Shown: positions 42,686 through 55,989 of the stretch, one piece after another
Position numbering within the stretch: position 1 is the first letter of the stretch
Layout of the letters: each line of letters starts with the position of its first letter
From: Candidatus Bathyarchaeota archaeon
GTDB lineage: Archaea > Thermoproteota > Bathyarchaeia > Bathyarchaeales > DTEX01
Length of the DNA stretch: 64,000 nt
Assembly: GCA_963714275.1 (NCBI GenBank)
Contig: CAVQNT010000003.1
Span: 96,001-160,000 of the forward strand
Reading direction: 5' to 3'
Notes under the pieces: model-generated
What the model saw: the letters and a program-made list of their open reading frames with translations, nothing else
Told to the model about the DNA's origin: nothing
Databases searched by the model: none
Translations under genes and position numbers: made by a program

Positions 42686-43146
42686 TTATTTGGGAAAAAC
42701 GAGTTCGAAGTTTTCACAGATCACCAGAAGACCTTCTTTCATCGCAAATCCGAGTTTCTGACCTTTTCGGGTCCAGTATTTCCAGTGTTCTCTCCTCCGA
42801 GATTCTAGGGTGCGGTCGTCTTCGCCCTCGGATTAGGCAAACACTTCTTTAACTTCGTTGAATGGTTTGACCTCAATGGCTGTGGTACGGAGGACTGCAG
42901 CGGGTTTTTCTTTGCCGTCAAGAATAACGTTGCGGTCCCCGACCTTAGGCATTTCCCCTCCTTCTCTCTCCAGCTCAATAACCAGCGTCGCCGTTCCTGT
43001 CTTCTTTCCTGTTAACACCAACCTCAACAGTTCATCAGCCAGTTCAGGACCGTCCCCGAAAGACCAAGCGTCAACGAAGGACCCTTAACCCCAGTTTCTT
43101 TCTGAAAACAGTCCCAGTAATCCACGACCTCTTTTAGAAACTTCAT
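42686..43146 (-). pseudogene. ASCH domain protein, disrupted
   Basis: WSFGD..ELADELL.LVL.GKKTGT..PKVGD..EG.DDRTL..HW; one frameshift near 43080 plus in-frame TAA at 42833-42835. Confidence 0.7.
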
Positions 43147-43198
43147 TCAGACACCTTATCACACAAAACAAACCAAGACATGAAAAACTTACTTTCAA

Positions 43199-43492
43199 TT
43201 AAATATAATGTTTATGCGAACTAGCTGAGCTAACCTCGCTCTCTTCCGCAACCATCGCATCAAGCAAGGCGTTCCTGTACATCTGTTCCAGAGTCAGCGG
43301 TGGAGACGGAGTCGGAAAGACGATGCGGAGACCTTCAGACAACCCTAATCCGAGGATGAAACTAGCCATGAAAAGCAAAAGAATTGCTACATAGCCTTTA
43401 TGTACCTTTATGGTAAATGCATCTCCAATTCCCTTTTTCTTATCATCAAATAAATAAATATAACATAAATTGAGCCAACAAATGGTTCGCAA
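43199..43492 (-). CDS. Small membrane-anchored hypothetical protein, possibly a truncated remnant
   Basis: One TM helix, Pro-rich linker, short helical tail. Confidence 0.35.
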   Translation of the reverse strand: MRTICWLNLCYIYLFDDKKKGIGDAFTIKVHKGYVAILLLFMASFILGLGLSEGLRIVFPTPSPPLTLEQMYRNALLDAMVAEESEVSSASSHKHYI

Positions 43493-43563
43493 TAAAAAAA
43501 TTGACCATTTATGCGTCAGAACTCATCATGCCGAGGTCAAGGCTTTTCCCAATGATGGCTAGT

Positions 43564-46500
43564 TCATGCTTGTTGGACACGGATGGTTCTTATTTCGAAC
43601 GGTCTGAGCGTAAGCCTTATTTTATTTGCTTGAGGCTCAAGGGTTTGTAGCTTTTTCTCCGTCAAGTCAACTTCTTCGGCTTCTCGAACATTGAATCCAA
43701 AGGTTAGTTCCGCCTCTACCCCAGAACCTGTGGCGTCGTAGATTCTGACGATGCAATTTTCTGAGTCTTCTGCTGAGCTTGACGCAGGACACGACCACAT
43801 TGTCAGGCTTAACTTGCAGAAAACTGGTTTCCTCAGACGCACACTCTTTCGATACCAATCGATCCACGATAACGAAGGCTTTAAGCGGATGATTAACCTC
43901 GTAGCCTTTCCTGAAGGTTAAGGCTTCCTTCCAGCTGTTTCTGTGCGGATAAACAGAATACTTTATTTCGTGAACCTTTAGGTCTGGTCTGGGGTCAGGA
44001 TTGTAACTGGTTCTGACAAGCGTCATTCTAACCGTGTTGCCTTTAACGTCGAACCCGTACTTAGAATCATTCAAAAGGCTGAACCCGTATTCCTCGTCTG
44101 AAACGTCGACCCACCTAAGCGCAGGAACCTCCGTGCCATCAGCTGGTCTTTCAATGTACCCGAACGGAACCTCAAACGATGCTTTAGAATATCCCAAGAT
44201 TGGAGTGAAAGAAACCTTCAACATGGGTGCCTCGGTTTTTTCGTCGGAAACTTCTTTCCAGTCTACGATTGTTTTAAAGTCTAATCTTGGAACGCCTTTA
44301 CATAAAGAAATGTACTGAACAATCTCGGACCCTCTGAACCTGTGGGTCACTTTAACCGTTGCCCTTACGGGTCCAGTCTCGATAGGCTCGGTTTTCGCGC
44401 CTCTTATGAGATTCTCCGAACGGCTGATTTCGCCTATGATCCAAGCCGACATATTGTGAGGAAGCTCGTACAAAACCTGCAGGAGATTACTGAAAACAGG
44501 TCTCGTGTATAGATACCTATTTTTTTGGACAACGAACCGTCCAGCAGACTTGTCGTAAAGCGATTTAACTGTGCCAGATTCCTTCTCGATTTCAACCCTG
44601 AAAAACTCGTTCTCAAGTACGTTATCGCTTTCAGTAAGATTTGTCGAACCTTCTACGCTGCCTTCTCCCTCAACGAGATAGAAGGTTTTGTAACCCATAG
44701 AAGGCACCTTAGCCAAAAAAAGAACTTCGTCGCCATTCACCTGCACAAAATTTTTTTCTCCACCCTCGGTTGAAACAGCAATTGGGTTCTGCGGAATCAA
44801 ATTTTTGGGAACTTTAGCTTGAACAACTTCAGCACGGTCCCACGACAAAGGGTTGAAAACAACTATCGGCACTCCCGATTTAGAAAATTTTATTTTCTCT
44901 ATAAAGACTTTTAAAAGATGCTATTAGAGTTTCATCTGCAATCTTTAAGGCTTCTTCAGCCAGCTCAAAAGGATATTCGTATGCTTCTGGGGTTCCACTT
45001 CCATCCAGTATATCGTGGAACTGGTTAAAGAGGGCATTCGACCAAGCCTTGCGAAGGGCGTCTCTGGGATAATTGCCTGAGAAAACAGCGAACTTTTCGG
45101 CGTCCACAAGCAGACTTTCACAAAGCCGATTGTAGCGTTTTATGTCGCCGTGCGTAGTGTAACATCCGTCAAGGGTGAACTGAAGCTCATCCCTGACCAC
45201 AGGAGCCTTTTTTACACCAGGGTCCTTTTCGAACTCTTCATAAAACCTGTGGGTTGAACTGAAGATGAGTCAGGGAAAACCTGTTTTTTCTGGAGCTCGA
45301 AAGCGGCTTCGAGGTCATCAACCGTTGCTCCTCCACCATGGTTGCCTACCCCGTAAACAAACATGCTTGTCTTCACCCCGTAATGCTTTACGAGGTAGAG
45401 AACCAGCTCCATAATGTTCCTCGGTGTCACAGTGTTGTTGTACAGGCTTGCGAAAACCAGAACTTTCGACCCGTCGGGTGATTCCCACCAGAAGACAGGT
45501 CCTTTGCTACATCTCGTTAGATAGTAGTATCTGCACCTCGACTTCCTCAAAAGTTGCGGCATAGTCGAGATGTGACCAAAAGTGTCAGGTTCCCAGCATA
45601 CTTTAGGCTCGAACCCGAACGCTTGCTTAATGTAGCGGTTGGCTTCTAGAAACTGCCTAACCAACGCTTCGTTTCCGCCCATGTTTAAGTCAGCTTCGAC
45701 CCACGTGGAAGCGGTGATGTCCCAGTTCCCCCTTTTCACGTGCCTTTTTATCGAGTCAAAGAGGTCTGGAAACTTTTCCTCAACAACCTTGTACGTGAAG
45801 GCTTGACTTTGCGAGAAGTGGAAATCGGGATACTTGTCTAACAATTTAACCATCGTGCCAAAAGTGTCTTTTATGATGTCCACGGTGTCGGTCCAAGGCC
45901 ACAACCAATTCATGTCAATGTGTGCGTGACCCACAAGAAAAACCCTGAACTCCTTAGCTTTTCTGGAAAGAACGGATAACTTGGCTCGTGCTATTTCAAT
46001 TTCGTCAATTAGCACCGAAGGATGCTTCTCTAAAACCTTCACGTTGAATTCTTTGGACACGTTATCGGTGATTTTCTTGTCCAGAACAGTTGCGAACCTG
46101 AGTTCCTGGATGAACGATTCAAGTTCAAACGCCACTTTTTCAACATTACTGTAAGTTATGCCAAAACTAGGTATTCCCACAGGCTCAAACCTAGGAAAGA
46201 CGTGAACTGCAACGACATATTCCTTTTGGGACTTAGTCTCCTCATCAAGAACTATTCTGGGTCCACGGAGCTCAGTCCAGTAATCAGCGCCCAAAACCTT
46301 CTCAGAATTCACAAAAATCTCTATTTTGTTCATTATGATGCCAGACGGCATCTTTACGGTTGAACCGGAGACATCTATGCCCAAAATCTCTTTGGGAACC
46401 AAAATTCTGGTCCTAAGCCAAGCCCCGCCTTTCCTTGCATCAACGGTCAGGGGGAGCTTAACTTGTTCCCAAGCAGAATCGTTAAAATCAGATTTATAGG

Positions 46501-46621
46501 CGTCTGGAGATTCTCCTTGATAGAACCTCCAAGAAAGGCTTTCGCGGTATCTTGTCAACTCTGTATGTTTTTCTAGAAGCTTTTGTAATAGAGGCGAGAA
46601 GTCATAGTTTTGGTTGTGCAT
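43564..46621 (-). CDS. GH38 alpha-mannosidase, split into four frames
   Basis: GHAHIDMNWLW, PDTFGH, YG.GNHGGG, NQFHDIL.G, VFNPLSW, LNDSKYG, PFEIRT. Confidence 0.9.
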
Positions 46622-46828
46622 AAATGTGAAAAAGAGAAATGCATTTATATAATTTACTTTTGGCTCCAGACATGAGTGTTCGCTAAACCTGTTGGTGACA
46701 ATGAGGAGCCATTTTGTATATGATGAGAAAATTACCTAGTAGAAACCCCGCTTTGAAGTACTATGCTTAACACCAAGCGAAAAGTTTAGGGCATAGAAAA
46801 AGAGAAACGATGATCAGCTAATCCTCTT

Positions 46829-48854
46829 TTAGCACATTATGTCATAGAGAACGTGCCCTTCGCTTTGAGCGGGCGCAGGAAAGTCAAGCAAATAGGCTAA
46901 CGTTGGCGCCACATCCACAAGCCATATGGGTTCAGTCCGCAAGTAGCCCTTTTTTACGCCAGGACCAGATATTACGAATATCGCTTCATTCGAGCATCCT
47001 CCCAGTTTCGCAGTAGGCAAGAATCCCGAATGATTGCCTCGTCCAGGTCTTGAGGATATCATCATTTTTTTCTCTTCATCGGTGTATCGCATTTTTTCAG
47101 GCAAAGGAACAGGTCCTGGGTCTCCTGTGTATCCTGGTTTATAGAAATACAGCATGTCTGAAGCTCTTTCTCCCCAATGACCCAGCATTTTTGCGTCCTC
47201 CTTCCGTAAAGCAAGAGCGATGGGGCATCTTCCAGTCTCGGGGTCTTTTAGTCCATAAAGTAGGCTGAGGGTTTGGTCAATGACATCGTCATAGTCTTGT
47301 CCCGGATCAACAATTCCCTGGGGGTCTCGACCCTTCAAATTTACCCAAATATATTCCATTGGGAACCCAGGTCGGATGTAAGCCTTCGTTCTAGACCAAT
47401 CTATCTTTGAATACCCAGTTTCCTTGTCAGTCTTTATTGTCAATAATCTAGCTAACTGCAACACTCCGTTCACTGAAATGGATTTTCTTATTGGTACCGC
47501 AGCGTGGTCTGATATTACGATGGTTAGCATGTCTTCGCTCCAGCATTCCTTAACCATTTTTCCAACCTGCTCGTCCATGTGCTCGTACATCTTCCTGATG
47601 ATTCCCCAGTGAGCCTTCTCTATCTTGGGGTCATAGCCAGGAGCAGAAGGATTAATGCCATCAAAGCCAATCTGATGGCCTATTTCGTCCTGTAAATGAA
47701 GCAAAGAAAACAGTCCGTCCCAACTGTACTTTTTTTTCAGGTAACGGGCTACGTTGACAAAATAGTTCAGTTGATGCGACGTGCATTCAAAGTAAATGTC
47801 TAAGAGCTTAGGTTTCTCTACGCGAATCGGGTGCCTGTAACCCATGTACGTTTCAAAACCGCCAGCGTAAATGCCAACATTTTCTACGATTTCTTGGGCC
47901 AAATTCGGAGGATAGGTCCATCCGTCCGTCTTGTAGGGGATGGTTCGGAAAATTTCGATTTTGTCGCCTTTGGGCGATAGCTCGTTCAGTCTAAACTTGA
48001 ACCCTACCTTAAATCTTTGACTGTCGCTGACAACTTTGTCGTATGTCCAATCGCTCCACTCTTTCACTCTAAGATTGGCTATTGAGGTCGCAATGTTTTT
48101 TTCACGGCAAACGTAAACTTTGTCGTATCCTTCATTTTTAGAGTCAATTATCAATAAATGATAAGTTGGGTCCCAAATTGGGTCGCTCTTTTCTTCTTCA
48201 GTTTTCCCGTAATGTAACTGTTCCCATTCGCTTTGCCACACGTCTGATGCAAGTTTGCTGCTCGTAAAATTACTTGGAATCTTGGATTCTAAAGGTTGAG
48301 AAAACGATTTTGGAAGGTTTTCCCATCCCTCTGCTTTTTTCAACGAAATCTGGAATTCAAATATGTCCTGTGTTTCCTTTGAACTGGGAGATTCAGTGAT
48401 AAAATTCACGGGTACTCCTTTGTTCCACTTAGGCGCACAGCCTGAAGGTGATGGACCACCAACCAACATTCCATTTTTGAAAGTAGGTGGCCACGAGCAT
48501 AAGTAATTCATAACTAAACATTTCTTTCCCGCCTTTTCCGCTGCATCCCAAAGGAACTCGGCTTTACAGAGTCTTTGTTGAGTCTAAACCCACAGTTGAC
48601 CGCCCAACATCCAATGGGTCGCCTGGAAGATGAATCGTAAAACTTGTTATGCCATGGGTACCAGGCCAAGCACCCGTAACTATTGTAACCCAATTAGTGG
48701 GAGAGTCGACGGGAGGAGCTGGAAGCGCTCGGGAGTATGTCCCCTTTTTGATTAATCGTGCAATATTGGGCATGTGTCCTTCATGCAGAAATCGGTTAAA
48801 ATGCTCAGGCATTGCGCCATCAAACCCAAGAATCATGAACTTCTTGGCTTTCAT
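46829..48854 (-). CDS. Alkaline phosphatase superfamily (NPP/phosphodiesterase-like) protein, frameshift near 48565
   Basis: ILGFDG, SPTNWVTIVTG..PG.HGI, DEIGH, ISDH, VDVAPT. Confidence 0.88.
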
Positions 48855-49141
48855 AACTCTGTAATAATAGGTTTCCAATATAAAAGTTACAATGAAGTAC
48901 ACGCAATAATAAAATTTAAACCCAAATTCGAGAATCCTTTTCTTAATTTGATGTGTATTAGAGGATTTCAATAAAATGTTCAACTATAAGAAAAATTGTA
49001 TGTTGTTCATTAAAAGAATGGTCGATTCAGTAAGTGTCGCATGAATTTTTCTTCTTTGAAATGAGAAATCGTATATCTTCTGTTGCTGTAATGGTAGGAC
49101 AATGGGTAATATAACTCGGTTATAATTATAACATATTTAAG

Positions 49142-49156
49142 CGACTATGATAGTCG
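49142..49156. promoter_or_regulatory. Perfect 7-1-7 palindrome, putative operator of the divergent carbohydrate locus
   Basis: CGACTAT-G-ATAGTCG immediately after ATATTTAA; three AGTTAAAA direct repeats at 49191, 49210, 49226. Confidence 0.45.
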
Positions 49157-49257
49157 TAAAATTAAAAAAATTATAACAGTGTATGGTAAGAGTTAAAATT
49201 CTGAAAAGAAGTTAAAATACCGTAAAGTTAAAACATAGACAAATATACATAAAAAAT

Positions 49258-51330
49258 ATGGAAAGAAAAGAGGTAATCATGATGGCAAATGAAAAAAGTG
49301 AAACAAAACCAGTAACATTGAGAGCGATAATAGTTGCTGTACTCATGTTCGCTATCTTTCTACCAATCTCCGAAATTTTGCTCCTTTACAACAGGAACCC
49401 ATCAACATACTACGGTTTTCCATTAACATTCTTCTGGCTTACAATGATGTTCTACGCTTTAGGCAAAGTAAGTAACAAGCTTAGACTAAGCGTATCAGAA
49501 TATGCGTTTGTCTTTGTGGTCGTTAACATTCTAGCAGGCGCTAGAGGAATGAGTATGTGGGCTCAAACAGAGAACTTCCTTAGATTCTCAGACGAAGCTG
49601 CTTCTATTCTGATTACAGGACTATTCAATACACCCAGCCTATACAATTCTTTGGTTCCGGAAATACTCTTCCCCGCTGCTCAAAGAGCAGACGTAGTAAA
49701 CATGGTGATGTTGGGAATTAGTCCAGGACAAATCTTTCCTTGGGCAGCCTTAGCTGTACCTGTGGCAATGTACTCGATTTTCACATTCCTCATAATGTCT
49801 ATTTCTGCGTTCATATCCTTCGCTATACTGAGCCCAGTATGGACTGACATTGAAAAACTGCCCTTCCCTATCCATGCGCTTTCAGCCATAGAATTTGCTA
49901 GAGACGGCATAGAAAAAAGAAGAATCTTTAACCTAAAAGAAGGAGACAGAAAAGTCTTCTGGATATTCTTCCTGATTGGTGCTTTAGCATCTCTGACGCC
50001 AGTATTGCTTGAATTAGTTCCCACGTTGCCTCTACTGAACGCCTTTAACTTCGGAGAAACCCGTGTACCAATACTTTCGTCAATATCGTCTGTTCTACCT
50101 GGATGGATAGGATACGGATGGTGGGTTTTCCCACAGTTCTTCATAGGCCTAGTTGTCTCTAACGAAGCACTCATTTCCGCTATAGTAGCATATCTTGTTC
50201 ATTGCATCTACAACGTCATAGCCGTTCAAGCAGGATGGTACCAGTACTACGTACCTGGATCAGAGGTAACTGGCGGATACTGGGACTTACCTTCAGGACA
50301 ATCTCCATTCCCACTACGATACATGATCATGCCAGGCGGTTTCGTCGGTGTAGGCATCATACTCTTCTGGGCAGCCAGGCACAGAATCAAAAAAGTTGTC
50401 AACGCCTTACTTGGAAAAGAAAACGTTGTAGAAGCGGGTCTATCATTACGTTTCGTGAGTTACATCGGAGTCGCCAGCATTGTCCTATTTCTGGGACTGT
50501 TCGCTGTCGTCGGAGTTCCATTTATAATTGGTCTAATGTGGCTAGTGATGTGGATTTGCTTCTATACTGCTGCTGCAAGAGCTGCCGCTGTGTACGGTGG
50601 CGCAGGTGGAGCTTTGAATTATGGCGACTGGAAAGTGATGTATCCGGTAGGTTCAAGTCTGGGTTATTGGCCAGCCGACCCGCCCGGTAACCAAGCATAT
50701 TTTGTTACAAGAGCTGTTACATATGGATTCGCAGACACAATGGCCAGAGGCGGAGGAATGTACGACATGGTTGCGCTGACAGCGTTATGCCATATCGAAA
50801 AGTCCTTCAACGTTAATATGAAGCACGTTTACATCGCGGTTCTAGTGGTAGCTGGACTCGGAACACCTCTAATGTACCTTTCAGGTTATTGGTTCACAGT
50901 ACACACTGGCGGACTTTATTCAGTAAATTCCATGCCATACTACGACATGATGATGGACTACCAAGGCGTAATGGTCGCTTACTTCACTGCAGGCGGAAAC
51001 TTCTTCCTTGAATCAGCATGGTTCGTCACAGGAATCGGGATATCGGTGGGCATTTATGCATTAAAAATGTTTGTGCCCATACTTCCAATAGACCCTACTA
51101 TACTCACAATACTCTTGTGGAATCCTGAGTGGTTCTGGATGACGGCAATTGCTTCGCTGGTAGTAAAATTCGTCGCAATAAGAATCGTCGGACAAAAGAC
51201 CTTCATGGAATACGCAAAAGCAGTCGTTGTAGGATCGATGGCTGGATTCGGAGCGATATTCACACTGTTGGCTCTTTCCCAATTGGGATTAGTAGCAATA
51301 CCAAGATTCCTAAGCCTATACACTCCATAG
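49258..51330 (+). CDS. Polytopic membrane protein, DUF6785/OPT-like permease
   Basis: 690 aa, many TM helices; TLRAIIVA, LSVSE, W..IEKLPFP motif. Confidence 0.7.
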   Translation: MERKEVIMMANEKSETKPVTLRAIIVAVLMFAIFLPISEILLLYNRNPSTYYGFPLTFFWLTMMFYALGKVSNKLRLSVSEYAFVFVVVNILAGARGMSMWAQTENFLRFSDEAASILITGLFNTPSLYNSLVPEILFPAAQRADVVNMVMLGISPGQIFPWAALAVPVAMYSIFTFLIMSISAFISFAILSPVWTDIEKLPFPIHALSAIEFARDGIEKRRIFNLKEGDRKVFWIFFLIGALASLTPVLLELVPTLPLLNAFNFGETRVPILSSISSVLPGWIGYGWWVFPQFFIGLVVSNEALISAIVAYLVHCIYNVIAVQAGWYQYYVPGSEVTGGYWDLPSGQSPFPLRYMIMPGGFVGVGIILFWAARHRIKKVVNALLGKENVVEAGLSLRFVSYIGVASIVLFLGLFAVVGVPFIIGLMWLVMWICFYTAAARAAAVYGGAGGALNYGDWKVMYPVGSSLGYWPADPPGNQAYFVTRAVTYGFADTMARGGGMYDMVALTALCHIEKSFNVNMKHVYIAVLVVAGLGTPLMYLSGYWFTVHTGGLYSVNSMPYYDMMMDYQGVMVAYFTAGGNFFLESAWFVTGIGISVGIYALKMFVPILPIDPTILTILLWNPEWFWMTAIASLVVKFVAIRIVGQKTFMEYAKAVVVGSMAGFGAIFTLLALSQLGLVAIPRFLSLYTP

Positions 51331-51427
51331 AGTATCCCTTTTATCTGTGGAGTGTAACCTTCTATTTTGTTTATTATCTATCATGATTATGAAAAAGTTT
51401 CTACGAAAATCGAGTGTGGAATGAAAT

Positions 51428-54400
51428 TTGCGAGGTAAACTCCTTAACCCTCATGAAAGCAAATTTGCCACAAAAATCTTAATGGTGATGCTGTTATTAT
51501 GCACGATTGGGGTGACGGTGCCTCTAAGCTTCGGTTCAACAAGTGCAGTCTCCAATTTCTCAAACAAATTCTAATTTGGATTTTTTTCTCGATGAAAACG
51601 TTTACAGTAACGTTCTAGACAGGATAACTTTTCTTTCAAACTTAGGCTCAAGAGTGACGGGGTATGAAGGAAACTATAGGGCTGCCCAATACATAATCGA
51701 CGAATTTTCTAAACTTGGGCTTAACGTGCAAGTCCAGAAATTCAATGTAACAGTGCCCATAGACCTAGGTTCAGACATAACAATCCTTACACCAATCACG
51801 GCAACCATAAATGCTTACGCTGTTTGGCCAAACGGCGTTCAACCTTCCCCTGCAAAAGATTTGGAAGGTCCATTGGTGTACGTGAAGGGTGATTCGTTAG
51901 GAAATTTCGACGGAAAAAATATAACGGATTCCATTGTTCTCATGGAGTTTAACTCCAGCTCCAATTGGCTTTACGGTGTAGATTTGGGTGCCAAAGCCGT
52001 AATATTCATTGAACCTTCCGATTCGTCAAGCAGCGAAAGTCTACAAAAATTCGTTGAAGCCCCCGTCTACTTCCCGAAGTTGTTTGTGAAACATGATGAT
52101 GGACAAAGGCTTAAAAATTTGGTTCAAAGTTCCCAATCCGAAGTTCGAGTAAAAATAAACCTCAGGATGGAATGGAGAACCGTTGAAACACAAAACATCA
52201 TAGCCATGCTTAAGGGTACGGGAAATCCTGGAGATGTCATAGTTCTTACGTCACATTATGACTCGTGGTCGGTTGTTCCCGCCATTTCCTACGGCGCTTC
52301 TGACGCCACGGGCGTTTCATGGCTTATAGAATTGGCTAGGTATTTTTCGGTTAATAAGCCTGTCAGATCCGTTTGGTTTGTAGCCTTCTCTGCTCATTGG
52401 CAGGCTATGGCTGGGGAAAGAGAGTTCGTCGATGAAATGTTCTTTAGCAGTCAGGTTCAAAGTGGAGCGGTCAAACCTTGGGTCTTCATAGGTTTAGGAC
52501 CTTTCTCCGGAGACTCTTTCAATATCCAGCTATTGGACACAAGCTTTTACGCAGGAGCCTGTTCATCTGAGCTGATTACCTCCGACCGATTTACATGGAT
52601 ACAAAGACGCATAACCCAATCTTACCTTCTAAACAACGAATTAAGACTGACAATTGAGGAGCTCACTGGGAGAAATCTTGACCCTACGCTTTTAGTTGAA
52701 GAAAGGCTGTCTACAACCTCTATGTGGTGGGGAACAATCCAACAGCCAATCATGCTTGAAAGCGAAATTCCCCTTACAGCTGGCTGTATATCCTTTAACA
52801 TTCTCAGTTCTCCTGTTTACACATACTCCAAGTACATAGGGTCGCCCGTTAACGACTTGGAACTCGTTAACCTAGAAAATATAAAACCTCAGTTTCTTGT
52901 TTCAGGCTTCATTGTTTCATCCATACTTAACGATAATGAATGGTCCCTTAGTTGGGCCAGCGTTAAACCTGTCAGAAGCGTGTACGTGGGAAGCAGCATA
53001 ATTGCTTCACAAAACGCGGGGTTCATCACGTTGAATGGTAAAGTCCTGTTTTTTAACAATAGTTTAGGTTGGTATGAACCTATTTCCCACGCACTAGTTC
53101 AAGTGCAAATGACGACCATGAATAATCCCTTAGCAAAGATAATTACGATGGCTGATGAAAATGGAAGCTTCCAAATTAGGGGCATAACACCCTACACTCT
53201 CACTTATAACAAGGGCGGATGGGAAACCAAAGCTTGGATTATCGATAAAGAAACCGGGAATATACTATATGCTCCAGACCTCGGAGTTCAAGGCGGCAGA
53301 GTTTTTACAAGCACAATCTTTCCTATGAGTCATCCTGCGCAAGTGTCTGCTGTGGTTGCAGAACTCCGAGCTATAACAGTTTTTAACCTGCTGGACCCAA
53401 GATACGACAGACCACTGATGGTTTTGGACCAAAGGTTTTCCTCGCTTGTCTCAAGCGACATATTTGTATCAGTCAGCGGGTTCATACGCCCCATCGAATT
53501 TTCGTCTAAAAGCGATTTTCTCACTTATGGCGCTTATTATAATCCTTGGGAAACTGTGGGAATAGTTTTTGTCCCGCCGTCCTCAAAAAGTGCTATTTTA
53601 TTGAAAATGGGAGGCACAGGAGCATCTTCGTTAAGCTGGCCCATGTTTCTTACTAATTCGACTGATGAAGAACCTGAAGGGGCAGGAGTTACAATGTCTA
53701 ACGACTCAATCACGATTCCCTTCTCAATTTACGCTTTTGCCTCTGACATGTTCAGAGCAACAAAATCCAGATACGAAAAGTTAACGGCATACAATGTGAG
53801 AAGCCTCAGCATAGAAAAAGCGCTTGATGAATCCCAAAAGAACTTAGCATTGGCTGAAAGCTTGTTTAACAGTAAAAACTACAGCGAAGCTTATAGTTAC
53901 GCTACTTTGTCCTATTCTTGGTCAACCCGAGCTTACAATGAAGTTATGGCTATAATTAACGAAGCAGGCACAAGCATAACGACACTTTTTATCCTTGCCA
54001 TAATAGTTTCCTTCGTAGTGGAGCGAATATTGGTTCAAGCCACGAAAGGTCTTGTAAGGTTACTTTTCATAGTAGGATTCACGGTACTCTCCATTATCAC
54101 GATGAGCCTCATACATCCAGCTTACACGGTCATGAGCAACGCGATCATAGCGAATATTGGTTCAGTTCTGATGATAATGTTCGTTATAAGTCTGGGAATA
54201 CTGGCCATTGAAGCGGAAAAAATGTCAAAAGCCCTTTCTGTACGGTATCTTGGTACGCACAGTATTGAGAAGGCTCGATTGGGCGTCGTAGCCCTAGCTT
54301 CCTCGATATCTGTTAACTTCATAAGAAAACATCGTCTCCGGGCTGTGCTAACGTTCCTAACAGTTTTCATAGTCAGTACAGCCATCACGTCAATTACTTC

Positions 54401-55989
54401 CATGGCACCATTCATAGGTGTCAAGATTTCGCCAAAGTCACTGGGAACATTGGATTTACTTTATCCGACGCAGTTGTTCTTAAAGAATGGTCAAGGTTTG
54501 CCTCAAAATGACATTTTCTCAGCACAAGTCGTTGAAGTCCTTAATCAGGTTTTGAAGGACAAATTCGTAATATTGCCTAGGGTCGTTTACTATCCTCAAA
54601 CAATATTCAGATACGGCGTTTATCAGGGAATATCGTCTCAAACTCAGACAAGTTACTTAAGGGCTATTCTGGGAGTGTCACCTGCAGAATCTGTCTTCCA
54701 GCAAAACTTGACATCTGGAAGATTCTTTTTAGAAGACGATTTTCAAACATGCATACTGTCCTCGGCGCAGGCTGAGGCGTTAAATGTAAAGGTAGACGAC
54801 AAGATTAGCACCGGCGAGCTACGAACTAGTTGTCGTAGGAATCTTTAATGAAAGTACCTTCAGACAATTAAAAGAACCGAACGGTATTCAGTTTGGAGTT
54901 CCAGACCCCTCCTATAATTCCTACATTGCTAAAGACATGGCTCAGCCTTTGAATCCTGGAGTTACTATTCCTCTACTTTCATGGGAATTTGTCTTGGTGG
55001 TTCCACAAAGATTTGCTCTTAGCCTCGGAGGGTTTGTCCAATCAATAGTCGCTGTACCCGTGTCGTCCGAGGTTTCAAGCAGTGAAATTCGAATAATCGC
55101 GAGTAATTTAGCTTTAACTCTGGATTTGAACATCTCGTTCGTTATTAACGGCTTAATTTCATCAGCTTCAAGATTACCTTCGTACGTTACTTTCGGGTTC
55201 GAGTCCCTAATGGTTCTTGTTGTCATCGCAGCTCTAAACATTGCTGTAACAATACTTTCGAGCATAAGAGAAAGAAACAGAGAGATTCAAGTTTTCGCAG
55301 TGACAGGATTGACGCCTCTGGGCTCCATGTCCATGTTTATTTTGGAATCGGAGATTTACGCCATCATCGGAGGGTTCCTAGGATACTTCGCCGGTTTTGG
55401 ACTTAATACTGCCTTCCGCAATTTTGGATTGTTGCCCTCGGAGATACCCTTCAATCACATTTCTTCAACCACAATGCTCACAATTGTCATAATTTTGGTG
55501 GTCAGCTTTGTCACGTCTTTGTGGCCATCTTTTTCAGCAGGCAAATCCGTTACACCTTCACTTCTTAGAAAATGGGAGTTCACCACCGAGCCAGGACAAG
55601 ATGATTGGGAAATACCAATACCTTCAAGAGCCTCATCCAAAGAGGAAGCGATAAGCATTCTTAGATTCCTGAAAGAATTTTTTGACGGTGCCGGCAACGT
55701 GGGACACATGTTCATGATTACTGAAACAAAGAACGTGATGGCAGAAGACGCCACGATAAGGTTTGTGATTAGGCAAGCTCCCTACGAACTGTTGATTCTT
55801 TCAGACGTGGAAATTCGATTCGTAGCGGACACTGAGGGATACTCAACACAAGTGTATCTGAAAAGAACATCGGGAGATAGAAAAGCGTGGATCGTCTCAA
55901 GCTACTATTTCGTGGACTCCCTGAGGAAGCAATTATTGCTTTGGAGAAGCCTTGCGGTTGCTGATCGTAGGAAGTTTTTGAATGACTAA
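51428..55989 (+). CDS. ~1500-aa fusion: signal peptide, PA/M28-like ectodomain, TM bundle, MacB-like loop and FtsX permease; frameshifts near 51550 and 54820
   Basis: SRVTGYEG, GPLVYV..GAKAVIFI (PA), SHYDS..GASDATG..ELAR; RLRAVLT; SIRERNREI.VF..GL.P..F..E (FtsX). Confidence 0.75.
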
